Virus record (IMG/VR): IMGVR_UViG_3300027759_000051
Reading direction: 5' to 3' (one strand)
Source: a virus
DNA: 64,000 bases
The translations under genes were made by a program, and so were the position numbers. Every line of letters begins with the position of its first letter. Positions within the stretch are counted from its first letter, which is position 1. This document shows, piece by piece, positions 1 to 9,591 of this stretch. The notes under the pieces are model-generated. The model saw only the letters and a list, made by a program, of their open reading frames with translations, was not told the origin of the DNA and made no database searches.

Positions 1-30
1 GCAGTTTCACACTAAATAATTGGTAATTGA

Positions 31-492
31 TTATTCTTTTCCGGGCTGCTCCGCGTCTGGATCAGATGCGCTTGCCGGGGTCATCAGCTCATCAGCTATT
101 TGTTTTGCGTATTTTCTACGCAGTTTCCATATTTTCGAGTTCATTTCGTCCATTGTTGAGGAAGCTCGAGCCCGCGCAATCGCGTGCCTGTCATAAACGC
201 CGTATTTATTAAATAAAATATCGTCAATATCGGAGTTCTCGAGAATTATGTCGCTTATCCACCCGGCTTTGCGGTCCATTACCATCATCATTTCACAAAA
301 GCCCTCGTAACCGAACTCCTCATAGAGCCTATCGGCGAGAATCGTGCAGAAATGTTTTCTATAAAGGTTTTCAGCGTCTACACTGGCCGTCATAAACTCA
401 CTCAGCCATAGCGCAAGCTCTTCCCGTGGTCGCTTGTGATCATCTTGATCTTCATCTTCGTCAAAGAATTCGTAGAATTCGTTCTCGCTCAC
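31..492 (-). CDS. hypothetical acidic protein
   Basis: 153-aa ORF, GGAAGGTG RBS-like sequence upstream, co-oriented with neighbours. Confidence 0.7.
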   Translation of the reverse strand: MSENEFYEFFDEDEDQDDHKRPREELALWLSEFMTASVDAENLYRKHFCTILADRLYEEFGYEGFCEMMMVMDRKAGWISDIILENSDIDDILFNKYGVYDRHAIARARASSTMDEMNSKIWKLRRKYAKQIADELMTPASASDPDAEQPGKE

Positions 493-540
493 TTAGATCA
501 CCTTCCACTAGGTACACAACAAGCATACATTTGCTGTATT

Positions 541-1566
541 TTATGTTAATGCCAATATGAATGCCTGGGCAGTATTCTTTTTCTGAGTAACAATAGAGGT
601 TGTACTCATAGACGCGAGTGCGCGCTCATCACCATCTGCGTCTCGATAATGATCAAGATACTCGACAATCGCATTATAAGCTGACCAACCCGTATAACCA
701 AATCCCCCGGCATTTCTTTCATTATCATACAGGGCGCGGACGGTAGATAGTATTTGTTCTCTGTTTCTCCGCTGCCTATCAGTTTCTTTTGGCTTTTCCG
801 GGAAAACAGTCTCGATTAAATCAGAAAACTGCTTACTTGAACCCGGCATATTTACGGAAAGCATTTTTTTTGCTGCTGCTTGGAAGGAGATTGCCCAAGC
901 TGTTGATATTTTAAGAACTTCTTGGGCTTCTTCCATTGCAGTTTCTGCGTTTCTTGTGTGGCGCGCTGTGAACACGCGCTGCGCATTCATCATTCCAGCT
1001 ATAACTGTATTTTTACACACTGCTCGAATGCTTGTATTTGCGAATGTTATTGCAGTTTTGCCATCGTGGCCGTTCCTGACGAGCAAATATCTATCAATTT
1101 TGTCATTTATTCCTGCCGGGTCAATTACTAAGCTGCCCAAATCTATCGAGGCAAAGAATTCTCGACCACCATCGAGGACTCCACAGGTATCAACAACAGC
1201 ATCTCCATTTGCTGCGCCCACTACAGCTAGTGCGCTCTCTAAACACTCTTTATTCTGCTGGACAACGTACCGCGTACCCACAGTAGCTAACCCATCAAAT
1301 GATCCATCAGGATTAACTCTTACCGTAGCTCTGCTGTCATCAATGATTACTGGCTTCCCGTCAGGGTTTCTTATGAACTCTCCATTGGCATCAACCGCAG
1401 CAACTGCCGTAGTGACTACATCAAAGTCTGCTTGCGCAGCAGAGAGCATTTCCCCGGCTGTCTGAAGGCCGTTCATACGCGTGCCAAGCCTATGCCAAGG
1501 TATTTCTCTATCGGCATAAGCCATTTTCGCTATACCTGACTTAGTGATCTCTAGCCTGTGTGCCAT
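541..1566 (-). CDS. DUF932 family phage/plasmid protein
   Basis: PWHRLG N-terminus, YVVQQN, NGHDG, IRAVCKNT, RHT, TGWSAYNAIVEYLDH motifs typical of DUF932. Confidence 0.85.
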   Translation of the reverse strand: MAHRLEITKSGIAKMAYADREIPWHRLGTRMNGLQTAGEMLSAAQADFDVVTTAVAAVDANGEFIRNPDGKPVIIDDSRATVRVNPDGSFDGLATVGTRYVVQQNKECLESALAVVGAANGDAVVDTCGVLDGGREFFASIDLGSLVIDPAGINDKIDRYLLVRNGHDGKTAITFANTSIRAVCKNTVIAGMMNAQRVFTARHTRNAETAMEEAQEVLKISTAWAISFQAAAKKMLSVNMPGSSKQFSDLIETVFPEKPKETDRQRRNREQILSTVRALYDNERNAGGFGYTGWSAYNAIVEYLDHYRDADGDERALASMSTTSIVTQKKNTAQAFILALT

Positions 1567-1687
1567 ATCGAGTGTTTCTCTCTGTACTGTTTATATAGAT
1601 TTATCTAAAACAATACTTTGCGCACACATATGCAAGGTAGAACTAATGAAAATACATCTGACCATAGAGCACCAGGCCCCATAGCTA

Positions 1688-2461
1688 CTAGCCTCCGTAG
1701 ATAGACCAGTTGCGCAACTTGCCTGAACTATTCTCCATAATCCATTTGGCAACTTTTAGGTTGCAGTCTGCTTTAAGCAAAGCCTCAAGATCCCGACGAA
1801 ATGAACCCGTATCAACTTTGCAGACTTCACGAACAGTACTAACCCACGAGGAGTTTATTTGCACTAATCCGCTGTCCCAAGTTCCGTTGTTGTTAAGTGT
1901 GTAGGTCAATTGACCTTTACTGTTCCAACGAGCATTAACTGCTTTGGGGTTACATTTACTTTCTCGGTAAGCAATATACGAAAACACCTCCACGGGGAGT
2001 CCGTATTCCTTGAACTTTGCTTCCCATTTTGGGCAGCGTAAAGTCTTATCACTAGGAAAACGTGGACCCGTTGATGCTTTGTACACAACTGCTGGAACGT
2101 GCTTGATAGACATATCACGGGTAGACAAAGCATATATGTGTGCTTTTCTTGTCGCTGACCCGTAGTACCCGTCTACTTTCACATTCCAAAGTAAACTCTG
2201 AAGGTTCCTCACAGAGTCGCTACGTTCACCAAACTTATAAGTCTTGCTTATAGCGCTTTGTATCTTTCGTTCTCTTGCTTGCGTTTCTACGCTCGCAGAT
2301 GAAACAGGGTGAGAACTAGAGGAAACTTCACTGATTGATAAGAGCGCTGGAACGCTCGCCACCACCTTTCCGCCCAATGGTTTTGCTTCCGAAACATTCG
2401 GCGTTAGCAAACCAAGCAGTAGTGCGAATAATGCAGTAGCCAATACAGTGTTTTTTCTCAA
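1688..2461 (-). CDS. secreted lytic transglycosylase (SLT/lysozyme-like) with peptidoglycan-binding-like segment
   Basis: Signal peptide; VRNLQ..VDGYYG PG-binding-like motif; IAYRES (catalytic Glu) and DSGLVQIN motifs. Confidence 0.75.
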   Translation of the reverse strand: MRKNTVLATALFALLLGLLTPNVSEAKPLGGKVVASVPALLSISEVSSSSHPVSSASVETQARERKIQSAISKTYKFGERSDSVRNLQSLLWNVKVDGYYGSATRKAHIYALSTRDMSIKHVPAVVYKASTGPRFPSDKTLRCPKWEAKFKEYGLPVEVFSYIAYRESKCNPKAVNARWNSKGQLTYTLNNNGTWDSGLVQINSSWVSTVREVCKVDTGSFRRDLEALLKADCNLKVAKWIMENSSGKLRNWSIYGG

Positions 2462-2592
2462 TGCTTTTCTCCTTACTCAGTGGATAGAACGCACTCTTTT
2501 AATAGCGAGTGATTAGTGCAGTAAGTAGTATCAAGTTTATCAAATAATAACGTCGGATTAGGGTATTGCTGTATTCAGATCAAGCAATAAGC

Positions 2593-2862
2593 TCAGTCTT
2601 TTGACAATATCCCCTCCATAAAGGGAATTACGCCAGCAATATCTGCTGTTATTTTTACAATAAATGTATTCTCTCCCTCAACGCTGATGAGTTCAGGCTT
2701 AAAACTATCCCATAGAACCCAAGTGAGATCTTGGCAATCAAGCAGTAAATCTTCTTTCTGATCTTCATCTACTGCATCATCTTCTTGGTATAGGAACCAA
2801 AACATACCACCCGCAAGGTGATCAACAATCTTTTCTTTTGCTTCATTGTCTGAGGTGCTCAT
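2593..2862 (-). CDS. hypothetical protein
   Basis: Acidic ORF; likely start MSTSDNE at 2862 rather than 2958. Confidence 0.6.
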   Translation of the reverse strand: MSTSDNEAKEKIVDHLAGGMFWFLYQEDDAVDEDQKEDLLLDCQDLTWVLWDSFKPELISVEGENTFIVKITADIAGVIPFMEGILSKD

Positions 2863-2974
2863 AGGTAAAACCTTAGCACCAAAACTGTTGGTTGCAACCT
2901 CACGAGAGTGCTGATAGAGTGACTGATGTCCCAAAAGGACACTAAGGTAAACACACAAAAAACAAGGAGATCAG

Positions 2975-3415
2975 ATGAACCCATCACCGACTGTGCTTAT
3001 AGGAAATATAACACAAGACCCGGAACTTACGTTTACATCAAATGGACAAGCCCGTTTAGGTTTTTCTATTGCGTGCAATTACGTATGGTACGACCAAGCT
3101 GGAGAAAAGCAAGAAAAAGTTTCTTACTTTAATATCGTAGCTTGGCGTTATGTAGCAGAAAACGCAGGGAGAGTTCTTGAGAAAGGACTTGGCGTTGTAG
3201 TTATGGGCCGCCTTGAGCAGCGCTCATACGAAACAAAAGAAGGCGAAAAGCGCTCGACTGTAGAGCTTGTTGCAGATGAAATTGCAATCAACGCGCGCAG
3301 TATCGAGGAAGTCGTACGTCGCAAGAAGTCTGACGGAGAGCAAAGCTCAAACACCCGTCGCAAGACAACAGAGCGTGTTCCAGCTGCAGTTGGAGCTGAC
3401 GACGAACCGTTCTAA
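2975..3415 (+). CDS. ssb: single-stranded DNA-binding protein
   Basis: GNITQDPEL, GRLEQRSYE, acidic C-terminal DDEPF; AAGGAG RBS. Confidence 0.95.
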   Translation: MNPSPTVLIGNITQDPELTFTSNGQARLGFSIACNYVWYDQAGEKQEKVSYFNIVAWRYVAENAGRVLEKGLGVVVMGRLEQRSYETKEGEKRSTVELVADEIAINARSIEEVVRRKKSDGEQSSNTRRKTTERVPAAVGADDEPF

Positions 3416-3438
3416 CCCGTAGTAAAAAATAACTAAAT

Positions 3439-3473
3439 AAAAAACCCCCGGACAAATCGCCGGGGGTTTTTTT
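3439..3473. terminator. bidirectional intrinsic terminator
   Basis: aaaaaacccccgg-acaaatcg-ccgggggttttttt between convergent genes. Confidence 0.85.
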
Positions 3474-3482
3474 ATTTCTCTT

Positions 3483-3698
3483 TTATTTGTTGTCTTTGTA
3501 TACGCCCATTGCTTCAGCAATGATTACGTATGATGAGCTACTCGGGTTTATGTAATCAGATACTCGAAGTATTCCTTGCCCGTAGGTCGGATCCTTAACA
3601 AGTTTAAGCATCTCACCGTAAGTAATAACTCCTGCTTCTTTAGGGTTATCAGCTTCACAAACAACAGACCATTGTACTGTGTATTTTTTCTTCACCAT
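3483..3698 (-). CDS. hypothetical protein
   Basis: 71-aa ORF, AGGAG RBS, coupled to upstream gene. Confidence 0.65.
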   Translation of the reverse strand: MVKKKYTVQWSVVCEADNPKEAGVITYGEMLKLVKDPTYGQGILRVSDYINPSSSSYVIIAEAMGVYKDNK

Positions 3699-4132
3699 TC
3701 TCCTGCTCTAGTGCTGTTCGCTTTTCCTAAGTGACCTTTGTTCCTTGCTTGACGCACCCATCTGTTTACCGTTGTGACAGGGCGACCAGTTTTCTGTGCG
3801 AGGTATGGTTGTACTGGCAAGCCCATACGGTATGCCTCCCTGTATAACTCTGCAACTATTTTCAGTTGTTCATCACTGCCAATCCACTTCTTTGCTGTTA
3901 CTGGCTCAAGTCTGCTATCTGATGAAAGTTCACTGTGACGCATTGACCTAGTTACTGATGCAACTGGCAATGAACGTAAAAACTTTTGTGAAACTATTGC
4001 ATTGTCATCTACTGAGTTAATGGATACGCCAGTAACCTCAATGCGACCGTTTATTAGTGACGTAGTGAATGATGCTGTGAACTCATTCTTCCTATCGTCG
4101 TAGAGCGTGATGCTCTGTGTTTCTTTTGTCAT
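3692..4132 (-). CDS. HTH DNA-binding protein (DUF6214-like)
   Basis: C-terminal VAELYREA..LAQKTGRPVTTVNRWVRQARNKGHL helix-turn-helix. Confidence 0.65.
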   Translation of the reverse strand: MTKETQSITLYDDRKNEFTASFTTSLINGRIEVTGVSINSVDDNAIVSQKFLRSLPVASVTRSMRHSELSSDSRLEPVTAKKWIGSDEQLKIVAELYREAYRMGLPVQPYLAQKTGRPVTTVNRWVRQARNKGHLGKANSTRAGEW

Positions 4133-4172
4133 TATTTATTCTCCTATGTTGGTGGCTTTGTATTACTTCAGT

Positions 4173-4433
4173 CTATGAGTTGATTATTGCTTTTGACATT
4201 CTTATTTTTTCTATTGTCTCATTATGTTCCTTCATCATTTTTGTTAGTTTTTCCCTTGAGGGAATGAGACCACTGCTACGTGCAAACATAATTTGCTTGG
4301 CGGCTGTTGAGACTGCAATGCCTAAAGACTGTGCGACTTCCCTCTGTGCTGAGACTCTGTTTACGTACGCCGTGAGGTATATCTCTGCAACTCTTTCTAG
4401 ATGTATGTCTGAATGCTTCTTACCTTGACTCAC
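4173..4433 (-). CDS. HTH DNA-binding protein, paralogous to adjacent gene
   Basis: VAEIYLTA..VAQSLGIAVSTAAKQIMFARSSGLI; GTG start at 4433 overlaps upstream stop. Confidence 0.6.
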   Translation of the reverse strand: MSQGKKHSDIHLERVAEIYLTAYVNRVSAQREVAQSLGIAVSTAAKQIMFARSSGLIPSREKLTKMMKEHNETIEKIRMSKAIINS

Positions 4434-4609
4434 TTCTTTCTCCAATCGGTAAGTTTCTTTTCCCACTGCAACATCGCTTCTTCACTTCCGCATTGCGAGC
4501 AGATCTCTGTCACGTTGTCGAGGCGTGATATCGCTCCGGGATATTCTCCCGGCGCTGCATTGCTTGGTATCCACCCGTAGCAACGTGGGCAAATGTTTGG
4601 TACTTTCAT
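4430..4609 (-). CDS. small zinc-finger protein (not in ORF track)
   Basis: Own translation MKVPNICPRC...ISRLDNVTEICSQCGSEEA, two CxxC pairs, 59 aa. Confidence 0.7.
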   Translation of the reverse strand: MKVPNICPRCYGWIPSNAAPGEYPGAISRLDNVTEICSQCGSEEAMLQWEKKLTDWRKK

Positions 4610-4768
4610 TTAGTAGTTCCTTTCGTCGTATTCGTCTACTGAAACAACTTCTATCATTGCGCCTTCTTCTAGTTTCCATTTAATAAATGACGCTGCCTCT
4701 GCAGCGTCAAGCGGTGCATCTAAGTCGTGCCTCTGTGACACTTTTACAATGAACGTATATTCTTTCAT
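4610..4768 (-). CDS. small hypothetical protein (not in ORF track)
   Basis: MKEYTFIVKV..ERNY, 52 aa, fills the gap in the operon, GGGAG RBS. Confidence 0.55.
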   Translation of the reverse strand: MKEYTFIVKVSQRHDLDAPLDAAEAASFIKWKLEEGAMIEVVSVDEYDERNY

Positions 4769-4773
4769 ATCTA

Positions 4774-5067
4774 TTACTCCCTTTCCATAGTGAATGTTAT
4801 TACTTCTCCGATACTCAAGTCAATACCATATTGCTTAACTATGTCATCTACTGCTTGACCTATGTGACCATCACAGTTTGCTTCAGTCATTGACCACACT
4901 GTGTCATTCGCTTCAGCCATTACGCTCTTTCCATTGCAAGAGTATGCGAGATCATTCTGTGACAATGCTTTACCAATAAAGAACGCTGATAGAACAACTG
5001 CTACCAAGAGAGTTGTGCGAACTGATGAACGAATGATGTAGTAGGTATTGCTGTGGTGTGTTTTCAT
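4774..5067 (-). CDS. membrane-anchored LysM-like protein
   Basis: TM helix followed by AEANDTVWSM...LSIGEVITF, resembling LysM. Confidence 0.55.
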   Translation of the reverse strand: MKTHHSNTYYIIRSSVRTTLLVAVVLSAFFIGKALSQNDLAYSCNGKSVMAEANDTVWSMTEANCDGHIGQAVDDIVKQYGIDLSIGEVITFTMERE

Positions 5068-5071
5068 ATAT

Positions 5072-5278
5072 TTACTCTATGCCACTTAGCATACCTATGT
5101 CAAGCATTGTTTGCTCTGTGAAGTGCCAATACTTTATGTCTCTGCCATTGCACTCAGGGCATAGGCATTCGAGTCCCACTGTCCAGCCATCGCTGATCAT
5201 ACGTCTGTATACCTCTAGCGCGGATAGGTGCTGTTCTCTGTGCTCAGCTTTGCACCTTGCACACACTGCTGCGGTCAT
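5072..5278 (-). CDS. zinc-finger hypothetical protein
   Basis: CARC and CPEC pairs. Confidence 0.55.
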   Translation of the reverse strand: MTAAVCARCKAEHREQHLSALEVYRRMISDGWTVGLECLCPECNGRDIKYWHFTEQTMLDIGMLSGIE

Positions 5279-5604
5279 ACCCGTATGCCACCCGTGAGGC
5301 TTCGGCTGTAGGTGTGTTGATCTGCTTCGCTCTCTCCTAGCTTTACGCCATCAAAGAATGCATCTGCTTGCAGACGGTCATAGTTTCGTGGTGGCTCAAG
5401 CACTACGGCTACTTCATACGCAATGCGAACGCCTAGATAGAACGCACTCCTGAGATCAGAGTTATCGCATCTATCTGCATCTCTGTAGTTGATCTCTGCT
5501 GCGACCTTCCATATCTCTAGTTGTTCTTGTGTTGGTTCTCTATCGCTTTCGCCTTGCAGTAACGTGGTGACGTACTGATCTACTTCTGTGTATGTGGTAT
5601 GCAT
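5275..5604 (-). CDS. hypothetical protein
   Basis: 109-aa ORF coupled to neighbours, AAGGAG RBS. Confidence 0.6.
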   Translation of the reverse strand: MHTTYTEVDQYVTTLLQGESDREPTQEQLEIWKVAAEINYRDADRCDNSDLRSAFYLGVRIAYEVAVVLEPPRNYDRLQADAFFDGVKLGESEADQHTYSRSLTGGIRV

Positions 5605-5993
5605 TAGACCTTCTCCTTCGGTCGGATTACTGAGATCGCCATCTCACCATCAGTAGCAATGATCTCTAGTATTCCCTCTGAACCATCACAACGTGCGATC
5701 ATCTCATTCACGTCATCACCAAGAAACTCTACGAAGTCATCTCCACCACAAGCGTCTATGAGTTTGTCGTAGTCACAACCACTCTCATATCCTTTTGCGT
5801 ACACGATTACGTTGTTTCCTTCACTGTCCACTAAACGTGGTGAACCATTAGACATTAGGTATGTACCATCATCTTTAATCCACCACAATCCTGCGCCAGT
5901 ATCCTCTCCATATAGAGTCTGTGCTTCAGGTGATGTCTTAGCGTGTGCGAGGAGTCGTGCTACTTCTCTGAGGTCAAAGCGTAATGCGGTCAT
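5604..5993 (-). CDS. DUF3085-like protein
   Basis: KDDGTYLMSNG, VYAKG and GGDDFVE motifs. Confidence 0.7.
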   Translation of the reverse strand: MTALRFDLREVARLLAHAKTSPEAQTLYGEDTGAGLWWIKDDGTYLMSNGSPRLVDSEGNNVIVYAKGYESGCDYDKLIDACGGDDFVEFLGDDVNEMIARCDGSEGILEIIATDGEMAISVIRPKEKV

Positions 5994-6139
5994 TAGTATC
6001 TCTTTCTGTAGGTGTATGCTCAGTGTATCAGGGCGACTAATCTATACCGACTCTCTAGCAGTGGTACACATATCCCTAGTGGGGGGTGTACCCGTATGGC
6101 TACCCGTGTGGCTGCGAGCCTTGAGCCATAAGGCTGAGG

Positions 6140-6915
6140 GGTTGATGGGGGTAAGGGGTAGAGGGGCTATGGGCTATGGGGTATGGGCTATGGGGTATGG
6201 GGTATGGGCCGGATATAGGTGATGGGCTATGTGTGGTGTATCACTACGGCTATTGGTATGGGTATCTGTTCGGCTACGTACTGTGTCTCTATGTACTAGG
6301 GGGTGTACTAATGAGTGGGGGGTGGTGATACCTATGTGTAGTGGGTGATGGTATGTAGGTGCGGCTCAGATGGTGATGATGAGTGAGGGTGATGAGTAGT
6401 GATGAGATGTTATTGAGTGAGGGTGATGGTGTTAGGTGATGTGTGTAGAGGAGAGATGAGAGAGGGGTTAGGTAGATGAGTGAGAGAGAAGTGGTGAGTG
6501 ATGAATGAGTAGAGAGAGATGAGGGGTGAGGGAGTGAGGAGTAGATGATGATCAGTGATGATGACATACATAGATGAGTGATGTGATGTGTAGTGATGGG
6601 TATCGAGTACTGGATGAGTGATGAGTGATGGTGATGATGGATGGTGATGATGGATGATGATAGGAGTGAGTGATGAGTGATGATAGGTAGTGGTGATGAG
6701 TGATGATGATGAATGAATGATGATGATGATGATGAGTAGTAGTGATGAGTAGTAGTGATGAGTAGTAGTGATGATGAGTAGGTAGTAGGTAGTAGGTGGT
6801 GATGATGATAGGTAGTAGTAGCTAGTAGTACGTACGTATGTGTAGTAGTAGGTACTAGTAGTAGTGGTATGTATGTAGTGGTATAGGTGGTATGTACTAT
6901 GTATATGGTGAGGTA
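6140..6915. repeat. C-depleted low-complexity tract (GAT/GAGT/AGT microsatellite-like)
   Basis: Plus strand nearly lacks C; 7-mer gg(c/g)tatg repeats at ~6165-6207; 13-mer gatgagtagtagt x3 from 6731. Confidence 0.9.
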
Positions 6916-7030
6916 CTAACTACCCGCAGAGATACCCGCAATGCTGCGCGATTCCCTGATGACTAAGGCCTCGCCTCGCCGGGCTACGTCGTGTCTACTA
7001 CGTGTGTGATGTGCCATACGTATTGACGTG

Positions 7031-7068
7031 CGCTCTCACTCGATGACGACGCTCTCACTCGATGACGA
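7031..7068. repeat. 19-bp tandem direct repeat x2
   Basis: cgctctcactcgatgacga repeated twice. Confidence 0.85.
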
Positions 7069-7420
7069 CGACTGCCCTTGCCCTACTATCACTGCGCTTG
7101 TGATGTGCTGAGTGAGTGATGTATGTATGAAGTGTTTATGTTTTATTTTTCATCACGACAACGAGCTTGCCTTGCTGCTGTGCGAAAACGTCTGCGTTCT
7201 TTTCTATTTGCGAGGGGTGTTTGTTTCTATTCCTGAGGGGCGGTTTCCGGCTGTCGTTTTTGCTGGCACGATTATTTTTTAAGGCATTTCCATAGGCACT
7301 TTTTGACTTGACTTGCCTCTAGGTTTTTGGTAGGCTGGAGGTTGTAGGGTTCGTTCGGTTGATAGGTTATTGTGTTACCTATACACTATAGACATTACCT
7401 ATAAGTGGTTCAGCACACTG

Positions 7421-7531
7421 TAAGGTGCACCTAACATACTTTGTAAGGGCAACCTAACAGATGATGTATGGTCAGCCTAACGCTGCTTGTAAGGTTAGCC
7501 TAACATTAGGTATTAGGTCAGCCTAACACGA
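7421..7531. promoter_or_regulatory. array of five IdeR/DtxR-like boxes with exact 23-bp period
   Basis: Boxes start at 7421, 7444, 7467, 7490, 7513; TAAGGTTAGCCTAACATTA matches TWAGGTWAGSCTWACCTWA at 18/19, the others at 13-15/19. Confidence 0.65.
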
Positions 7532-7555
7532 GGGTGCGAAGCCCCGACTGCCTTG

Positions 7556-7569
7556 CGAACGTGTGTTCG
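7556..7569. promoter_or_regulatory. actinobacterial/Gram-positive SOS (LexA) box
   Basis: CGAAC-GTGT-GTTCG, a perfect CGAAC-N4-GTTCG. Confidence 0.65.
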
Positions 7570-7918
7570 TAGTGGGGGGGTAGCTATAAACCAAATTTTT
7601 GAGTCCCCATTCTTTTAAATAGATTTATCCAAAGTTGCTGCTACAGCAATCCATCTTGATAGTCGTTCCCGGTGAAGAGTAAGTTGCGATACGCAGTTTC
7701 CTCAATGCTGGTCAGCGTGCGCCTTGTGCGCCTCTCGGGGGGTTCTAGGCGCTCCGTGATGGACTGTAAGTGCCTGTCTGCCCTCATGTGACCCTGAACT
7801 AAATACGACGTGTACAAACGCCTCAGGGCCGATTGTGACCAGCTGTGGTAATTTTATATTATCCACATATTGGGTATGCGCTATAAATATTGTAGGCAGC
7901 CTCGTCTTTCGGATAAAT

Positions 7919-8182
7919 TTATCCCAGAAGTGCTCGTCCTTCTTTTGAGATTTTGAGCGCTCGGGCGAGCCGTTTTCCATCTTTTGGCTGTTCTATGTAC
8001 CCTTTAGCAGATATCTCTGCCATCATCTCAGCAACCGTGGAGGTAGAAGGTACGCCCATCGCTTCTCCGATTTCTCGAATTGATGGGCTGTAGCCATTTT
8101 CTTTAGCGAACGAATCAATGAACCTGATTGCTTCTGTCATGCGCTCTTGCGTTTTTAGGTTTCTTTTAATATGAGCAGCCAT
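7919..8182 (-). CDS. LexA-type DNA-binding domain protein without peptidase domain
   Basis: FIDSFAKENGYSPSIREIGEAMGVPSTSTV..KGYI..RALKI is a LexA N-terminal wHTH; only 87 aa. Confidence 0.85.
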   Translation of the reverse strand: MAAHIKRNLKTQERMTEAIRFIDSFAKENGYSPSIREIGEAMGVPSTSTVAEMMAEISAKGYIEQPKDGKRLARALKISKEGRALLG

Positions 8183-8259
8183 TTAATCTCCGATGTGGTG
8201 GTTTATTTGAATAAATCTATCCGAGAAAGGCTCATTTTCAAAAAAATTTCGGAGGGTTT

Positions 8260-8574
8260 TTATGATTCTTTACTGTTGTCTTCTTCTTTGTATTTGCGGG
8301 GGTTCCGGGCGCGGTCAAATTCTTCCATTTGTGTGTTGAATCCGCAGGTGCACCTCCCGTACTTTGTTGCGCAACTTACTTTGTGCTGTGCGTAAACGAC
8401 TGTGGCGTCTATAACTCTCCATGTATTTACTGTTACATCAGCTGTCGGTCTTGCTGTGAGGTACCGCAGGCTTGAGATCTCTGTGATTATCTGCTTGACG
8501 AATACGGCCTCATCTGAGCCCTTCTTTTCCTCGTCAGCAAACCACTCTTGCAAGATATCTAAAATGTCTGTCAT
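8260..8574 (-). CDS. hypothetical protein
   Basis: 104-aa ORF with H..C..CTC cluster. Confidence 0.6.
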   Translation of the reverse strand: MTDILDILQEWFADEEKKGSDEAVFVKQIITEISSLRYLTARPTADVTVNTWRVIDATVVYAQHKVSCATKYGRCTCGFNTQMEEFDRARNPRKYKEEDNSKES

Positions 8575-8598
8575 AGTGCTAGATGCTATCGGCTATAT

Positions 8599-8868
8599 CT
8601 ATCTGCCACGGCAACAACCACAGCATTCGTGGTCTTTAGACTCGGTTGCCTCGTCTGGATCTGGATGCGCTATGTCGTGCATGCAGATTCTCTCAATAAT
8701 CTTCTTTGTTGAATTCCAGTTCTGAGACCACGCAACCATGTGATGATCTGACTGGTTGTGTATTGGGCACTTTCTACCCGAACACTTAGTTGGGCTATGT
8801 ACTCCTACGAGCACCTGCCCACCTACCAGCGTGTATGAAATACCATGTATTACTTCTTTTTCACTCAT
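8599..8868 (-). CDS. Cys/His-rich hypothetical protein
   Basis: CPIHNQSDHHM, ERICMHDIAHPDPD, CCGCC. Confidence 0.7.
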   Translation of the reverse strand: MSEKEVIHGISYTLVGGQVLVGVHSPTKCSGRKCPIHNQSDHHMVAWSQNWNSTKKIIERICMHDIAHPDPDEATESKDHECCGCCRGR

Positions 8869-9193
8869 CTAGACCCCACATATCGTCATACCAAGCATTA
8901 CCGTACACCAGAAATGGGTGGAAACCGTACTTAGTGCAGATTCTGTCAGCTTCATACACGGTGAGACCACGTTCCTCCCACTTAGATATTGATCTTCTGT
9001 AGTCAAGGGAGAATTCTTTTGGCAAAAACTCTAATAATGGCAAGATAGATAGGCGTGCAGCTTTTCTTGATTTTCTTTTTTCATTATTATCTTTAATTGC
9101 TTTTTTTATTCCGTCTGTGCACTCTTGACATCTGCATTTGAGTTTGTAATAGGTGTATTGTGATCCGTGGGCGAGTTCTTCCACTTTTTCCAT
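8861..9193 (-). CDS. hypothetical protein with zinc-binding N-terminus
   Basis: HG..Y..KCRCQEC then ADRICTKYGFHP..VYG. Confidence 0.7.
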   Translation of the reverse strand: MEKVEELAHGSQYTYYKLKCRCQECTDGIKKAIKDNNEKRKSRKAARLSILPLLEFLPKEFSLDYRRSISKWEERGLTVYEADRICTKYGFHPFLVYGNAWYDDMWGLDE

Positions 9194-9344
9194 TTTCTAG
9201 ACTTTCTTATTCTGTAGCCATTGATGTGAAGCTGGTCAATGATGTGCTCTGGAATATTCGTTGTTACAACTATCCCGTGATGATTAAGTGCTCGTCTAAT
9301 TATTTCATTTTTGTTACCCATTGTCAACCTCTCTCTACCGATAG

Positions 9345-9408
<64 letters not shown>

Positions 9409-9418
<10 letters not shown>

Positions 9419-9591
9419 GTATTCGGTTTTCCCTCAGACTTTTTTGCAATCAAAACGTTCATGGGGGCTCCATTCCAGGCAACTTGAAAATATTTATCTT
9501 GATGGCTGCCGCAACATGGTGTTCCCCATGTGGCACCGTTCTTACATTGCTTGCCCTTGCTAGTTTTTGCTAGGCACCTGACGTATGTCAT
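9409..9591 (-). CDS. small zinc-finger protein
   Basis: RCLAKTSKGKQCKN..CCGSH. Confidence 0.55.

Noticed and set aside
6289-6567. 92-aa Ser/Leu/His/Thr-rich ORF
   Set aside because: By-product of the low-complexity tract; no RBS and no protein-like composition.
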